Assembly (NCBI RefSeq): GCF_018350175.1
Contig: NC_058369.1
Location: 9,550,001 to 9,614,000, forward strand
Direction: 5' to 3'
DNA from: Felis catus
Taxonomy: Eukaryota
DNA: 64,000 nt
Shown here: in pieces, positions 39,789 to 53,649 of the stretch
Layout of the letters: each line of letters begins with the position of its first letter
Numbering within the stretch: position 1 is the stretch's first letter
The notes under the pieces: generated by a model
The model's database searches: none
What the model was told of the DNA's origin: nothing
The model's input: the letters and a program-made list of their open reading frames with translations, nothing else
Program-made: the position numbers and the translations under genes

Positions 39789-40009
39789 TTTTGTTTTGTT
39801 TTGTTTTTTTTTTTAAGTTTTTTTGTATTTGAGAGAGAGAGAGCAAGCTGGGTAGGAGTGGAGAGAGAAGACAGAGAGAGAATCCTAAGCAGGCTCCACA
39901 CGGTCAGCACAGAGCCCGATGTGGGGCTCGAACTCATGAACCGTGGGAGCGTGACCTGAGCCGAACTCAACAGCCGGTCACTCAACCGACTGAGCCACCC
40001 AGGCGCCCC
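39789..40009 (-). mobile_element. CAN-SINE
   Basis: Antisense body. Confidence 0.9.
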
Positions 40010-40434
40010 TACAACAAATGTTTACTGAGCATCTATTAAATATCAGGCCCTACCCCCGGGCAATCAGGGATACGCAGAGCCATGAATAGAACAAATATGA
40101 AATTTATGTTTTAAGGACTCGGGTAGGTCTATCACATGTCAGGTAGAGATCATTTTTATAAGAAAACTGGAGCGGGTAGGGGGTCAGACAGAAGAGGAGG
40201 GGAGTTATTTCACAAAGAGCTCTCCGAGAGGGTGGCGTTCGGGCAGGGATCCTCGGAGAGGAAGGAACAGAGGCGCAGACATCGGGGACGGTGGCCGGGC
40301 CGAGGGAACGTCAACAGCGCGGACCGTGAGCCTGGCGACAGGCACAGGGGAGAGCAGAGAGGAGGGAGGTGACCAGGCTGACCAAAAGCTGTCATCCAGT
40401 GTCAGACCCTTACTGTTTTCAGGTAGAGGCTTTA

Positions 40435-40537
40435 GGGACGCCTGGGTGGCTCAGCCGGTCAAGCGTCCAACTCTTGATTTTGGCCCAGGTCACGATCTCA
40501 AGTCAGGCTCTGTGCCGACCGTGTGGAGCCTCCTTGG

Positions 40538-40587
<50 letters not shown>

Positions 40588-40666
40588 CTACCCCCCCGCT
40601 TGCACTCGCACGTGTGTGCACGCCCGCCCTCTCTCTCAAAATAAATAAACTTAAAGAAATAAAAAA
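40435..40666 (+). mobile_element. CAN-SINE with long (CT)n
   Basis: Head, expanded CT tract, tail. Confidence 0.88.
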
Positions 40667-40689
40667 GAATACATGTTTTCAAAAAATAA

Positions 40690-41170
40690 AATGCAGGTTT
40701 TATTACGATTCAGCTACGGTGAGGCCACCAGAGGAGGAAATGACGGCCATCAAATAGCTCGTTCTCCTCCCAGATGCCAAGAGGAGGGACACGCATGTCG
40801 CGCGGGGCCACGGAGGGAAGCAGAGGGTTGCTGGGGGGCGGGGAGGTGGGGGGCAAGAACAAGGGAAGAATGTGGGCAAGACCCTGTAGTGTGGTTTCCC
40901 CAGGGAGGGGGCAGAGCGGAATAAACAGGCTCAGGATTGGCTGGTCCCCATGACTCCAGGGCTCTGGGACACCAGGCTGTCCCTGATTGTCTGGTACCTG
41001 GCGCTGGGGTGATCAGGGTAGGTGGCCCTGAGTGCAAGAGCCCCACAGAGGAGGTGCGGGGCGTGGGCTCGGGTTGGTGGGTTTGCAGTTGAAACGCGTG
41101 TGCGCTGGTGAGCCCTTTACTATGTCTAGTGATCGGCCAGCCCTGGGAGGCGCAGTCAAAACACTCAAAG
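40690..41170. mobile_element. ERVL-type LTR (MER74/76-like)
   Basis: aaacaggctcaggattggctgg...gctgtccctgattgtctggtacctgg...ggggtgatcaggg; family from memory. Confidence 0.45.
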
Positions 41171-41337
41171 CCCACGGCTAATGCGTTCGTCTTCTGGAAC
41201 TCGCCTGAGAGGCTTGTTCTCCCGTAAATTCACAGCGTGTCCCTTAAAATGTTTTGAGTTCTGGGGCCTCCCAGGTCCTGCCTATCCTGTTCACCGCTCC
41301 AGCCCCAGCAGCCAAGAGAGGTCAAAACAGGAATCCA

Positions 41338-41790
41338 GGGGCGCCTGGGTGGCTCAGTCGCTTGAGTGTCCACTTCGGCTCAGGTCACAATCTGGCAGTC
41401 CGTGAGTTCAAGCCCCGTGTCGGGCTCTGTGCTGACAGCTCGGAGCCTGGAGCCTGCTTCCGATTCTGTGTCTCCCTCTCTCCCTGCCCCTCCCCTGCTC
41501 GCCCTCTGTCTCTCTCAAAAATAAACATTAAAGGGGCGCCTGGGTGGCACAGTCGGTTAAGCGTCCGACTTCAGCCAGGTCACGATCTCGCGGTCTGGGA
41601 GTTCGAGCCCTGCATTGGGCTCTGGGCTGATGGCTCAGAGCCTGGAGCCTGTTTCCGATTCTGTGTCTCCCTCTCTCTCTGCCCCTCCCCCATTCATGCT
41701 CTGTCTCTCTCTGTCCCAAAAATAAATAAACGTTGAAAAAAAAAATTTTTTTAAATAAACATTAAAAAATTAAAGAAAAAAAAAAAAAGA
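41338..41790 (+). mobile_element. CAN-SINE with a younger SINE (41533-41752) inserted in its tail
   Basis: TSD AAATAAACATTAAA at 41519-41532 and 41753-41766. Confidence 0.92.
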
Positions 41791-42789
41791 AACCCACTGC
41801 CCCAGAAAGCGAAAGGGGGACGTTGTGGGGAAGTACAGAATGAGAACGATCTTTGAGAGAGAGACGGAAGACGTGAACGTTTAAAGACACTTGTGCAGAC
41901 TTTTTAAGAAGAAGCAAAGGGATAAACCAAAGACCAAATGCAAACAATGTCACCATAGGGAGAAGGGAAGGGGCTGGGGACCGAGAAGGGAGACATCGGG
42001 CGCTGACACCTGCTTAGATTCACAGCGGCATCAATTTGCCTGGGGTACGCTTGCCCCTTTTATTTTCTTCGGTCTTGACCAACGACTGAAAAAGAGAACA
42101 GGAAACACACACACCACCACAACAGAGGCGGCGGCCAGGGTTAAGCACGGCGACGACACAAATGCGGGAGCACACAGGTGCCTGCGGGGTCACATGTAAA
42201 CATCCGCATTCGTCTGCGATGTCCTTCCATAGCTGTTCTGCCTTTTCCGTCACTGAGATGACAACAGAGAAACAATCTCACGTCCCATGCGGCGCCCCGA
42301 CTGTCACAACGTTAACACGCTTCGAGTTAAGGAGGGCTTGCGATGGGGAAGAAATGCTTTTGAGTTACGAGGAGGCAGGGGCGTCACCGGTGTGGCCGGG
42401 GAGGGGCTTTTTCTGGCCACCACAGTGTCCACACGGCAGGCTGCGATGCCAGGAAAGCATCCTTGAACCGCTGCGAGGGAAGTTGGTGGATAAGGACCCC
42501 CCAGCTCTCTGGGTCCTGGGGTGCGGCCGCGGGGAGGCAGGTGCTCTCTGCTGCCCACTAGAGGTCCCCGCTGGTAACAGAGGACGCTCGCTCATGGCGT
42601 CTTGACTGATGGCACCTCCATCACTTTTCCCTCCTCTGCCTCCTCTGCCAGCCTGTCCTGGGATCTGCCCCCAAAGCAACTGCCTCTTGGCTTCCAGATC
42701 TGCGTCTGGGGGGAACCCAAACTAAGACAACGGAGTTGGACAGAGTCTGTTACCTCTTTCAAGATCTGGGGGCCAGAGGAAGGAAGTTC

Positions 42790-42990
42790 CATCCTTCCCT
42801 CTTTCCTTCCCCCTCCTTCCCTTCCTCCCTGCCTTCCTCCCTCCCTCTCTCCCTTCTCTCCCCCGCCCCCCTCCTCCCTCCTTTCCTTCTTTCTTTCCTT
42901 CTTTGCACCGTCCTTCCTCTCTTGCCTTCCTTCCTCTCCTCTTCCCTATTCCCCTTCTCCGTTCTCTCTTTTTCTTCCTTCCTTCCTTCT
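42790..42990. repeat. Polypyrimidine/polypurine low-complexity tract
   Basis: About 200 bp, almost all C/T. Confidence 0.9.
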
Positions 42991-44288
42991 ACAAGAAAAA
43001 TATTGAAGGGGACTGCAGGATAAAAGCCGAATATAAATCAGGAACCCCCAACATATGTGCTGCCCTAACTCCATCGTGTAACAGAAAAATCCCAGAACTA
43101 CTTAGAGAAGATTCCGACTCACTCTCCCCAAAATACAGCCACAAGCCTCAGGTGGCCACTGAGCACCTGAAATATGACTGATCCAAATCAAGACAGACGT
43201 ATAAGAATCCGCAGCAGATTTTAGAGACTTAGTACAAGAATCAAAATGCAAAATATCTCATTATTAACGTCTCTATTCCACCCAATCAAGAGTCAGCGGC
43301 CTAAGAGCCACCCAGGCGCCCCTGCTGTTGCGTTTCTATTGGACATCGTCCGTCTGGGTAGTCAGCCCAGCTCTGCACACGAGCGAGCTCCGTGACCTAG
43401 AACCAGACCTTCAACGCCACAGAGATGGTTTCCCCGCCCAGAAGCAGCACCAGAGAACAATACCATGCCTCCCTATTTTAGGATGAGCCATCCTTGAACC
43501 TCCCTGAACCTCAACCGCCTTTTCGGCACAACGGAGACGAAAACAGGACGTGCCCCGGGGCGTCACGGAAGGGGCGAGTGACGCCCCGTGCGGGATGCAC
43601 CGGGCACAGGGGAGCGAAGACCCAAGCACCGGTTCCCTCGATGGTCTTTACTGCGCGTCGGGTGGAATTCTATCTCGCGTCCAAAGGAAGCCTCCCACGC
43701 TCCCCGAATAAGGAGGTCAAACGCAGGGAAGGAACTCGTCAAGAGACACAGACAAATAAAGGTAACAGAAAAGCGATTCCAACGCACTCCTCCGAAGGGA
43801 CTAAAAGCCCCACCTAAGAAGTACCTGCGGAGAGAAACACGAGTGCATTTCTGTTCAGGCTGCGCCAACGCGTGGGGTCCCACAGAGACACCACAGGGGT
43901 TGACTTGACAGAAGGTTAAGCCTCCTTTCCGCGTCTCTTTTATTCCTTCCCCGGGCATCATCTGGGTCTTTTGTGGAGGAAATGCTTTCATCACAGGAAT
44001 CCCTTCACTCTCCCACCTGAGATGCTCGCTCAAGAACGTGTCTCGCGGTGTTAGGAGTTCCCATTTCCAGGAAAAACCCAGGTCGCCCCGAGAAGGAGAT
44101 TTCAGTTGGGCTCGCAGATGGGTTACGAGGCAGCATGATGTGTGGCTGAGCCGTGTGGCTTTGGGCAAGTTGCCCAACCTCTCTGGCTTCAGGGTGTCCA
44201 TTTACGAAACGGGGAGATTACAGTGTTTTCTTTGGTGGTCGCAAGGATTAAATGAGATAGTCCACACGGCATGTCAGAGAGACAATTG

Positions 44289-45588
44289 TTTTTGAGACAG
44301 AGAGAGAGAGAGCATGAGCAGGGGAGAGGGGCAGAGGAAGAAAGAGAGTCTTAAGCAGGCTTCAGGCTCAATACAGAGGCTGGTGTGGGGCTTGATCTCA
44401 CGACCGTGAGATCGTGACCTGAGCCAAAATCAAGAGTCCCGTGCTTAACTGACTGAGCCACCCAGGTGCCCCATCAAAAACAAATTTAAGCCACTGTCCC
44501 CTGACTGCCCCAGTACAAACATTGGGGGTATTCCGTGGTATTTCTGTCTGGCCTCCCCACCCCCGGGCTTTTATTTGATAGACACAGGTAATTATAGCAG
44601 AAAGATGTTTTATATACAATAGTTCCTCATCATCTGAGTATTCATTATATGGCTCATTATCCCGATAACCACACGGTTAAGAGCTTAGGGAAGCCGACGT
44701 CATCCTAACATAAACATTCTCGCTAATGAACCGACAACTTCACAATGATCCCTTCCCGGGGCGCCTGGGTGGCTCAGTCGGTTAAGCGGCCGACTTCGGC
44801 TCAGGTCATGATCTCGCGGTCCGTGAGTTCGAGCCCCGCGTCGGGCTCTGTGCTGACAGCTCAGAGCCTGGAGCCTGTTTCAGATTCTGTGTCTCCCTCT
44901 CTCTGACCCTCCCCCGTTCACACTCTGTCTGTCTCTGTCTCAAAAATAAACGTTAAAAAAAATTAAAAAACATTAAAAAAAATTTTTTTTAAATAAACGT
45001 TAAAAAAAAATTTAAAAAAAACAACAACGATCCATTCCGGGCTAGCACAAACATCGCTCCGGAGCCCATCAGATCGACGAGTTTGCCAATGTTTATCTCG
45101 GGTTGTCGATGGTCGTCTGAAACGCGACGACATGACTCGAAATGATGTGAATTGACGGCAACGTGAAAAAGAGAGAGAGGGAGACACGGAATCCGAAGCG
45201 GGCTCCAGGCTCCGGGCTGTCAGCACCGAGCCCGACGCGGGGGTCGAACCCACAAACCGCGAGATCACGACCAGAGCCGAAGTCAGAAGCTTAAGCGACT
45301 CGGCCACCCAGCGCCCTTGCAAACTGGATCGGATGTAGTGTCTCTCCAGACTGGCCATACAAATATGCCCTGCTTCACATATTAAATATATTCGTTGAGA
45401 GGCGCCTGGGTGGCTCAGTCAGTTAAGCGTCCGACCTCAACTCAGGTCACGATCTCACGGTTTGTGGGTTCGAGCCCCGCACCAGGCTCTCTGCTGTCAT
45501 TGTGGAGTCCACTTCAGATCCTCTGTCTCCCTCTCTTCCTGCCCTTCCCCTGCTCACATGCTCTCTCTCTCTCTCTCAAAAACAAATA
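44289..45588. mobile_element. Cluster of four CAN-SINEs: 44289-44472 (-), 44758-45025 (+), 45166-45316 (-), 45397-45588 (+)
   Basis: Four recognisable SINE heads and bodies. Confidence 0.88.
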
Positions 45589-45609
45589 CACATTCACAAT
45601 TTGTATAGA

Positions 45610-46390
45610 GAGACGTTTGTTGAGCACCTACTGTGTGCCAGGAGCTGTTCTAGGCACCTGGGGCACAGCGCAGAGCCACATGGCCTCACATCCCTGCCCT
45701 CATTGAAGGGACATTCTAACAGGGGACAATGGCCAATCAACAAATAATTTCGTAATACGGCAGATGCGGTGAGGAAACCTACATCGGGAATGGGGACCGA
45801 AGTGGGGTGACTTACTGACAGGATGGCCAGGGAAGCTTCCGTGGTAAGGTAATATGCAAGCAGAAACTTGAAGGAAGTGAAGGAGGGAGCCATCAGACAT
45901 CTGCAGGAAGAGCATCCCAGGCTGGGGGGGGGGGGGGCAGCACGTGCAAAGGTCCTGCGGCAGGAACATGCTCCGTGTGTACAGACAAGTCGATAAGGGT
46001 AGAACGTGCAGAGCCTTACGGACTGCAGTGAGGACTCGGGCTTTCATTCTTAGTAAACTGGGGACCGCAAAGGGTGCCGGGAGGAGGAGAGACGTGAACC
46101 GACTCAGGCGTTCGCCGTCTCTCCCCGGCCACTGGAGCGGAGAGAGAGGGAAAGCAAAGCTGGGCGTCTGCAGAAGAGGCGACAGCCCTGGTCCATGATG
46201 GGGGCCTTGAGCAGGTGGGTGCCCTGCAGGGTTATTTCTGCATATATTTTAAAGGCAGAGCAGACAGGCGCTGCTTACGGATCGGACATGGGGTGGCAGC
46301 GAAGGACAGGAGTCAAGGACGCCTCGGGGATTTTGACACTGAGCAGCCTGATGGAGGAGGCTGCGGGAGGGGTAGCGTGGGAAGGGTAGC
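45610..46390 (-). mobile_element. LINE-2 3' region
   Basis: ttgttgagcacctactgtgtgccagg...gtgcaaaggtcctg...atattttaaaggcagagc. Confidence 0.8.
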
Positions 46391-46779
46391 AATCCACACT
46401 GCCACATCCCTCTTGAATTACAGAATCACCCCACAGCAGCACTCACAAAGAATGAAAATGCAAACATCTATTAATAATTATTTGCAAACGCCGCACATTA
46501 GGTAGTTTAGATAAACCCTGCTCTCTGGGAATTTTGCCAGAAAAACCCCGAACTAAGCTGCCGCAGCTATCGAAGCCAATAAAACGCCATCAGGGAGACT
46601 ATGGAGAAAGGCAAAGCCTCTGCCTCATGTGTGAAGATCTATTTCATCTAACGTTACCATTCCTTCATCTACGCTCTATAAGACCGGGGATCGTCTGAAC
46701 GCAAAGACAAACGTAAGGAAGCTGAAGAAGGATTGGAGGCGGCCCACCCGTTATCCACTCACGCCTTCTTCTCCAGCTC

Positions 46780-47030
46780 TCGGAACTACATTTCCTGGGC
46801 TCCTCTGCGGGGAGGTATGGCCACGTGAACGATGCTGGCCAGTGAAACAGAAGGGCACCGGTCTTAACTGGCCTTTGTCCTTCCACCTTCTTCTTGCCTG
46901 AAATGCAGATGTGATGTCTGGAGCTACGGCAGCCATTTTGGGACGGATCATGAGAAAAAAAAAAGGTCCTCGGGTCACTGCAGTATTTTATTTTACATAC
47001 AACCAAATAAAATTCTTGGCTGCTATGTAC
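46780..47030 (+). mobile_element. Old MaLR LTR (MLT1H/J-like)
   Basis: aactacatttcc...tggccacgtga...gatgtgatgtctggagctacggcagccatttt. Confidence 0.65.
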
Positions 47031-47135
47031 AAACGGTCTGAACAAGCTACCTTTACGTGTTTCTTCGCATAAGACCCCTCGAGTACAAAAACCAGTTTTA
47101 TTTAGCCTTGTTAAGCCCTCAAGAAATGTGAGCTA

Positions 47136-47329
47136 GGGGCGCCTGGGTGGTTCAGTCAGTTGATCATGCAGCTCTTGATTTTGGTTCAGGTCGTGATCCC
47201 AGGATTGTGGGATCCAGCCCCCCATTGGGTTCCACACTGAGCGTAGAGCCTGCTTAAGATTCTGTCTCTCTCTCTCTCTGCTCCTCTCCCCCATTCACAC
47301 TCTCTCTGTCTAAAAAAAATTTTTAAAAA
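47136..47329 (+). mobile_element. CAN-SINE
   Basis: Head, CT region, tail. Confidence 0.88.
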
Positions 47330-47804
47330 GATAACACTGCCTTAAACAAACAAAAGAAACATCAGATGAATTAATAAATGAATGAGATAGCTCTACCTAT
47401 ACAACTTAAAACCAGTGGGGCAGATTTCGGATGACAAAATGCGCATCGGGGACCATCTGAGCTCCCCCCACCCCCGCCACCGCTTTCCACAAGGAACTCC
47501 TACGGCCTTAGAAAACCTCATCTGTGAAATGGGAGCAAACACAGTGCCCATCAGGGGCGTTTTGTGAGAATCGAGGTAGTCGCCACGGTCAAACCTAGAA
47601 TGCCACCTGGAATGGTCTCTGACCCGGTCTCAGGGCCGCTCAACGTGCTGCCCTTGCTGTCCCTCCCTGACATCCCCAGCCGAGGCAGATTCCCCGCCCC
47701 CCCCCCCCACGCCACCTCTCTTCCCCGTCGCTGCCTCCCGCTGCTTTCCTTGGGTTGACGGTCTATTTATTTTCTGAGCATCTCCTCCTGAGAAAGTGGT
47801 TCTC

Positions 47805-48270
47805 CACGTGCCCACCCCGCCCCTGCCAGACCCATCGTCTGCCCTTCCCTCCTCTGAACATCACCCAGCTCCCAGGCCCCCTGGATTCCTGCTGCTCTCG
47901 GCCAATGGGAGGCACCTGCAGGAACTCAGAGCCGGGAGAGGGAAGACAGGACAGTTTTTCCCCAGTCCCTCTCTGCTTTGCTGCCCCGTCTCTGGTGAGT
48001 GGCTGGGTCTCTCAGCCAGGACGGCTCCTGCCAGGCAGCCCCTCCCCCATAGCTCCAGCCCTCCTTGGCTCTAGCCCTCCCCATGCCAATGCTACAGCTC
48101 AAGGGTGGTAAAGGCTCTCCGTTATTGCCAGCTCCTGAGTGCCCCCCTGCCTTGCGGGCTCCCTCACCTCTGTCCACACTTCTTCAAGCACGTCCCTCTT
48201 TAAAAGCCTCTGCGTTTGAACCATAGGGAGGGAGGTGAATTCTCCTTCCTCTTTGGACCTCGAGAGACCC
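47805..48270. mobile_element. ERVL LTR (LTR33-like)
   Basis: ggccaatgggaggcacctgcagga...ggcagcccctcc.ccatagctccagc...gggtggtaaaggct. Confidence 0.6.
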
Positions 48271-48625
48271 CTCCCACCTGGTGGTAAACTCCACGCCTCC
48301 GGGCACCAGAACAGGAACCTGCTTTACTCACCAGTCCCCCGGGGCCCAGCACACGGGCCTAGCGTGGAGAAGAGGTTTAATAGATATCTGTGGAATGACT
48401 AATGTCAGCTCCCATCAAACAAATCAGGGTTCTAAGATAATAAGGCGGTGCTATTTTTGTCTATTAAATTAACAAAAATAGTTTAAAACACGATACTCGA
48501 TACTGGTTAGTGTCCCTTCAAATGGGCTGAGGCGGGCATTGCTGGTAAATGTGTAAATTGGTAGGCCCTTTGGAGAAGCCATTCGGCCATATGTAGGAGA
48601 AACCATGAAAAATGGGTCCTGTTTC

Positions 48626-48852
48626 GGGGCGCCTGGGGGGCTCAGGCAGTTAAGGGTCCGACTTCGGCTCGGGTCAGGATCTCACGATCGGTGAATTCGA
48701 GCCCCACATCGGGCTCTGTGCTGACAGCTCAGAGCCTGGAGCCTGCTTCGGATTCTGGGCCTCCCTCTCTCTCTCTGCACGCCCCCCCCACTCCCCCTCT
48801 GTGTCTCCCTCCTTCAAAAATAAACATTAAAACAAAAAAAAAATTTTTTAAT
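48626..48852 (+). mobile_element. CAN-SINE
   Basis: Full body. Confidence 0.88.
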
Positions 48853-50577
48853 AGAAAAGGACAAGGGGGAAAGAAGCAAGGGGTTGCTGGGGCTGGTAAG
48901 AGTCGGTGCTGTCGTGGAGTAACCTTCGCCTGGGCAGGCGGGGTCAGGGAACAGTGACCGGAACACCGGAAGGGGGGGGGGGAGGAGCCAAGCAGGGGGC
49001 AAGGACGAGTCACAGGAATGGGAAAAACGTAAGGGAGGACTGTTAATAATTAAGGTATTAACGCCTGTGCATTGATCAATACATATTTGTGAGCTCCTGC
49101 TCTGGGCTAGGAATTCATTAAAAAAAAAAAAAACTGGAAAAAAGAAAAAGAAAAAGAAAAAAGGAAACAAGGGAAGAAAAACCGGACGGAGCCCTTATCT
49201 TCTTCTCACTCAAATAATCGTATCAATAAAAGCTAAATGACAATGTTGACAAGGACAACGAAGGCAAGGCACGGGATGCAATACGACAGGGGTGGCCGGA
49301 GAGAGACAGAGACAGATGGCAGAGAAAGAGAAGGGGGAGAGAGACAGAGACGGAGAGAGACGTCAATCAGGTGAATTATATTTGGGGTTTTCTGAAGGCT
49401 CTTTTCCACAGCCGAATAGTAACAGTAATAGCCTGGGAATTAGCGTAGCAGCAGCTCAGTCTCTCTCTTGCCTGGGGCTGGCAGGGAAAAGAACCACTCG
49501 TCGTGCTGGAGAAGGGACCAAGGGCTTGGGGAGACATTCGAAAGAAAGACCAGCCTAGAAGTCGCGCGTTGGAGAAAAACAGTCTGAAGGTTCTGGCAAA
49601 GTAAAAAGACCCTGGGGTCAGGAAGGAAGGTGGGGGGGTGCTAAAACAAGAGGGGGGCGGGGAGTGGTTTCCAGAGCAGGTCCCGGCGTTCAATACGATC
49701 TTGGGAGAGTACGTTGGTAAGACCTGGCTCTAAAGCTCTCTCCGACTTCACAGGTGATGCGCCCAACCCTTCGCCACCACAGCCACACCCTCCGTGTGCG
49801 TGCGCATTTTCCTCCAGTTACGGCCAGTCACGGAGATGGTGAGCCACGTGTAAGCCTGACCCATAATAAGTGTCCGGTCCTTCTGTTCTCTCTCTTTCCT
49901 TATCTGCCAGTCAGATTCAGGAGCGCCACCGGGGAACTCAGATGCCCTACTTAGGACAAGACAAAGGCACAGGATGAAAGGACCCCGGGTCCCCAAGTCA
50001 CCACCCGGAGAAAAGCCACCCAGGAGAGGTCATCCATCTGGGACAGTCGAGCAAGGACATTTTCACCTTGTCCCGTCACGGAGCATTCAGGGAGCGTGTG
50101 TGTTACAGCAGCTAGCATTACACTTCCTGTCTAACGCCCCAGCCACCTTGGACAGCGACGTGAGCAAGAAGGAAACTCGCACGGCCTTCAGCCCGTCAGT
50201 GTTCCGGGACTACTTGTTACGCAGCTATCACTGCTTAACCTGTTGAACACAGCCTTTCGGTAACGGTGTGCATAGCCAACTCGTTTTGAGGAGAGTTGAC
50301 ATTCTCTCCAATTCTGCTTCTAAACCTTTCCTTTCCTGCCCCTGAGGGAAAATCCATCTTCCTTTGGGACTCAGCATCCCCACGATCTCCCGGGCACCCC
50401 CATCGCTTGCCCTCCGCCATCCTCTCCAAGCTGTTTCTTACTTGGTCTTGTGCCTGTGGAACAAACAGAAAGTCTATTGGAAGCCTCACACCCATGACTT
50501 TGGCCTTGGTGATACGTGCTCTCTAGCCCCTAGACAAACCAAGCACGAAAGGAAGCTTTTAAGACCACCCAGTTACT

Positions 50578-50800
50578 GGGGCGCCTGGGTGGCTCGGTCG
50601 GTGGGGCGTCCGACTTCGGCTCAGGCCATGATCTCGCGGTTCGTGAATTCGAGCCCCGCGTGGGGCTCTGTGCTGACAGCTCGGAGCCTGGAGCCTGCTT
50701 CGGATTCTGTGTCTTCCCCTCTCTCTGCCCCTCCCCTGCTCATGCTCTGTCTCTCTCTATCTCTCAATAATGAATAAACATTAAAAACAATTAAAAAAAA
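50578..50800 (+). mobile_element. CAN-SINE
   Basis: Degenerate TSD AAGACMACCCAGTKACT. Confidence 0.9.
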
Positions 50801-52050
50801 GACAACCCAGTGACTGAAGCAGAGACCTGGGATTTATTTTCGACCCCTCTCCCCCGCTCACCGCACTATTTGATCAGTCACCAAGATGTGTTGATTCTAC
50901 AGCCAGAGACCTCCCAAACCCATCCATCGGTCCCTATCACCACTGCCTCCTTCAAATTCCAGGCCACCATCATCTCTTGGGATAAATTCCAAATCCATCA
51001 CCGTGGTCCCTGCCCCAGCCCCAGCTTCCTCTCTCTCATGCTCCCCATTCTGGCGGACCCAGACTCCTTCCAAGTCTTTAAACGCACCGTCTTCTTTCCC
51101 CTCTCGAGACCTCTGCGATACTGTCCACGTGGCCTGGCCGGAAGACCTCTTCGCTCCGCTCGGCATCAGAAGCTTTGTTCTCCCTTCTGAGCACTCTAGG
51201 AACCCGCCAGACTAGGATGCTGGCCGCAGGGCCCATCCCTGTGCGGCTCACTATTGTGTTTGCAGGGTCTGGGCCGTGGGGCCCGACGCATAGCAGGTGT
51301 GTGGCACCACGTCCTTGAAGAAATAAACGGATGGACGGTCGGAGGACTTGCTCCCTCAAGACGCCAAGCGGGAATCTGCGCATCCAAAGGAAGCCGGAGG
51401 TGGCTGTCAACCCGACCGCCCTAGAACCAGAAGTTCCCCAAGGCCGCATTCTGCCCATCTTTGCTTTCATGGAGCTCGCCTTCTCTTGGGGGGCAGTGAT
51501 CGCGGCGAGGGCGCAAAGGCAACAGGGAGCACGCGGATCGCGCTCCGAGGAGGCGGCACCAGCACCCAGGACGTCGGACGTTGTTAATTAACACGAAGCA
51601 GAGAGAACGTCAACTCCACGCCAGACCTTGAGCCACATGATCATCAGAGGGCGTCAACGCGCAGCAGGGGCTGCGATTTAAAAAGAGACCAGCCCCCAGG
51701 TGTGCGCCCCTTGCCTTTGGCTTCACGAGCGCGTTCCCCAGGTGCCTGGGCAAATCCGGGCAGCCTCGTGCGTCGTGCTGTGAGTGGAAACTGGTACCAG
51801 CCTCACGGAGGGCCGCGTGGCCACGTAACCCAAGCCTTTGCTCTGCGACGCAGCCACCCACCCTCTCCGAATGTATCCCCTTGGCCCGGTTACGTTTGGC
51901 ATGGTTTTTCAAGCCGCGTGTATGTACAGAGTTACCACTGAAGCATTGCATGTGACGGCGGGACACTGGAAACAACCCGTGTACCATGAGTAGGGGAAGC
52001 TTGAATGAGTTATAAACCGCCACGTTAAAAAAAATAATAATAGTAATCAC

Positions 52051-52172
52051 GGGAGCCGGGGGGGCTCAGTCGGCTAAGTGTCTGAGTTCGGCTCAGGTCA
52101 CGATCTCACAGTTTGTGGGTTCGAGCCCCGCGTCGGGCTCTTTGCTGACAGCTAGCAGCCTGCTTGGGATTC

Positions 52173-52214
<42 letters not shown>

Positions 52215-52498
52215 CTCTCTGCCCCTCCCTCAAAAATAAGTAAACATTAAAAAAATTTTTTTAAAGAAACCCAAGAGAAGGGCACCTGGGTGGCTCAGTC
52301 GGTTAAGCATCTGACTCTTGAGTTTGGCTCAGGTCGTGATCTCAACGTGCATGAGATCAAGCCCCGCACTGGGCTCTCTGCTGACAGCTAGGAGCCTGCT
52401 TGGGATTCTCTCTCTCCCTCTCTCCCTCTCTCCCTCTCTCCCCGCCCCTCCCCTGCTCTCTCCCTCGCAAATTAAATAAATAAGCTTAAGAGAGAGAC
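52051..52498 (+). mobile_element. Two tandem CAN-SINEs (heads 52051, 52280)
   Basis: Second copy flanked by TSD AAAGAAACCCAAGAGA at 52263-52278 and 52499-52514. Confidence 0.9.
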
Positions 52499-53649
52499 AA
52501 AGAAACCCAAGAGAGCTGTTTGAAGCACAGGGCAGACAAGTGGCAGGGTAGAGGAACAAGATGCTCTAGGGTCACTGTCACATCACATCCAGGCCCCCAA
52601 AGAGGGTGCTGCTCGTGGTTGGGACAGAAGAAGGAGCCTCAGCGTCTCCCTCCTCCTTAGCTACCCCTGCTCCCTCAACCACACGGCCGCAACCCTGCCT
52701 CTCTCAGAACAAAGAAGCTCTCCCTGAACTAAGCTGGAAAGATCTCCGAGAACATACGGGTAGGTGGGAAAAAAACACAAGCTACCCAGCCGCGGGCCGA
52801 GAATACGCTCTTTTGCGTAAGCAAGGAGGGGAAGGCGGGGAAAGGAAGGATCGATATTTGCACACGCTTGACGGGCTTGCACGAAGTAGGTCTGGAGAGA
52901 CACGTAAGAAGCCAGTGAATGTTCCAGGCACGGGGGCTATGGCCCCGCTCGGGGAGGCGAAGGAGAGGTAAATGCATCCCATGCGGGAACAGCAACAACT
53001 CACGCAGCAGCCAGAGAGGCTCCCAGGTGCTCAGGAGAAGCATCTCTCACCTGGTAAATGACAGGGCCCGTGCCTTGCTGTTCGCCACAGTCCCCACCGT
53101 GCCCTGATGTCTGCCTGATAAACGGGCCTCGCCTAAAGGGGGCACTTGCTCTTGGCTGGGTTGTGGGCCCCGAGTGGCCAGACTCCCTCCTTTTCCAAGA
53201 GGAGTGGAGAAGCCAGGTTTTTCTGTCAAATCTTCCAGATTTTAGGAGTTAGCAGAGACTCGGTTGTTTTGTTTTGTTTTGGAAAGCAAAAGCTGGAGTC
53301 TGTACACAACCTCTGCTCCAGAGAAACGCAGGATCTGTGCCTCCTTGGGAAATCTTCTGGAAACTTCTTCTTGGCGGTGTGGCAGCCTTTGTGGCACTTT
53401 GCGAACCTGCAGGGCAACTGCTGGATGTGCTGTATGACCCCCGAGATGCCAAGAGGCGATCACAAATGCTGGAGAGAGGCTGCCACGTACGGTTGCTCAA
53501 GGCACGCACTGCACAAGGGCTCCCAGCCGCAGAAGAAAGAGGAAAGCTGAAATACAGTCCACCGATGGAGAGACCTTCATGATACGTGGCCCCAGCTGGT
53601 CACATCAGAATCCCTGTCAAATTCCACGTCACTAAAAGAGACAACCAGT

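Noticed and set aside
42556..42572. CTCF-like words (also ~53130 and ~59632)
   Set aside because: Mismatches at core positions; not distinguishable from chance in GC-rich DNA without a PWM scan.
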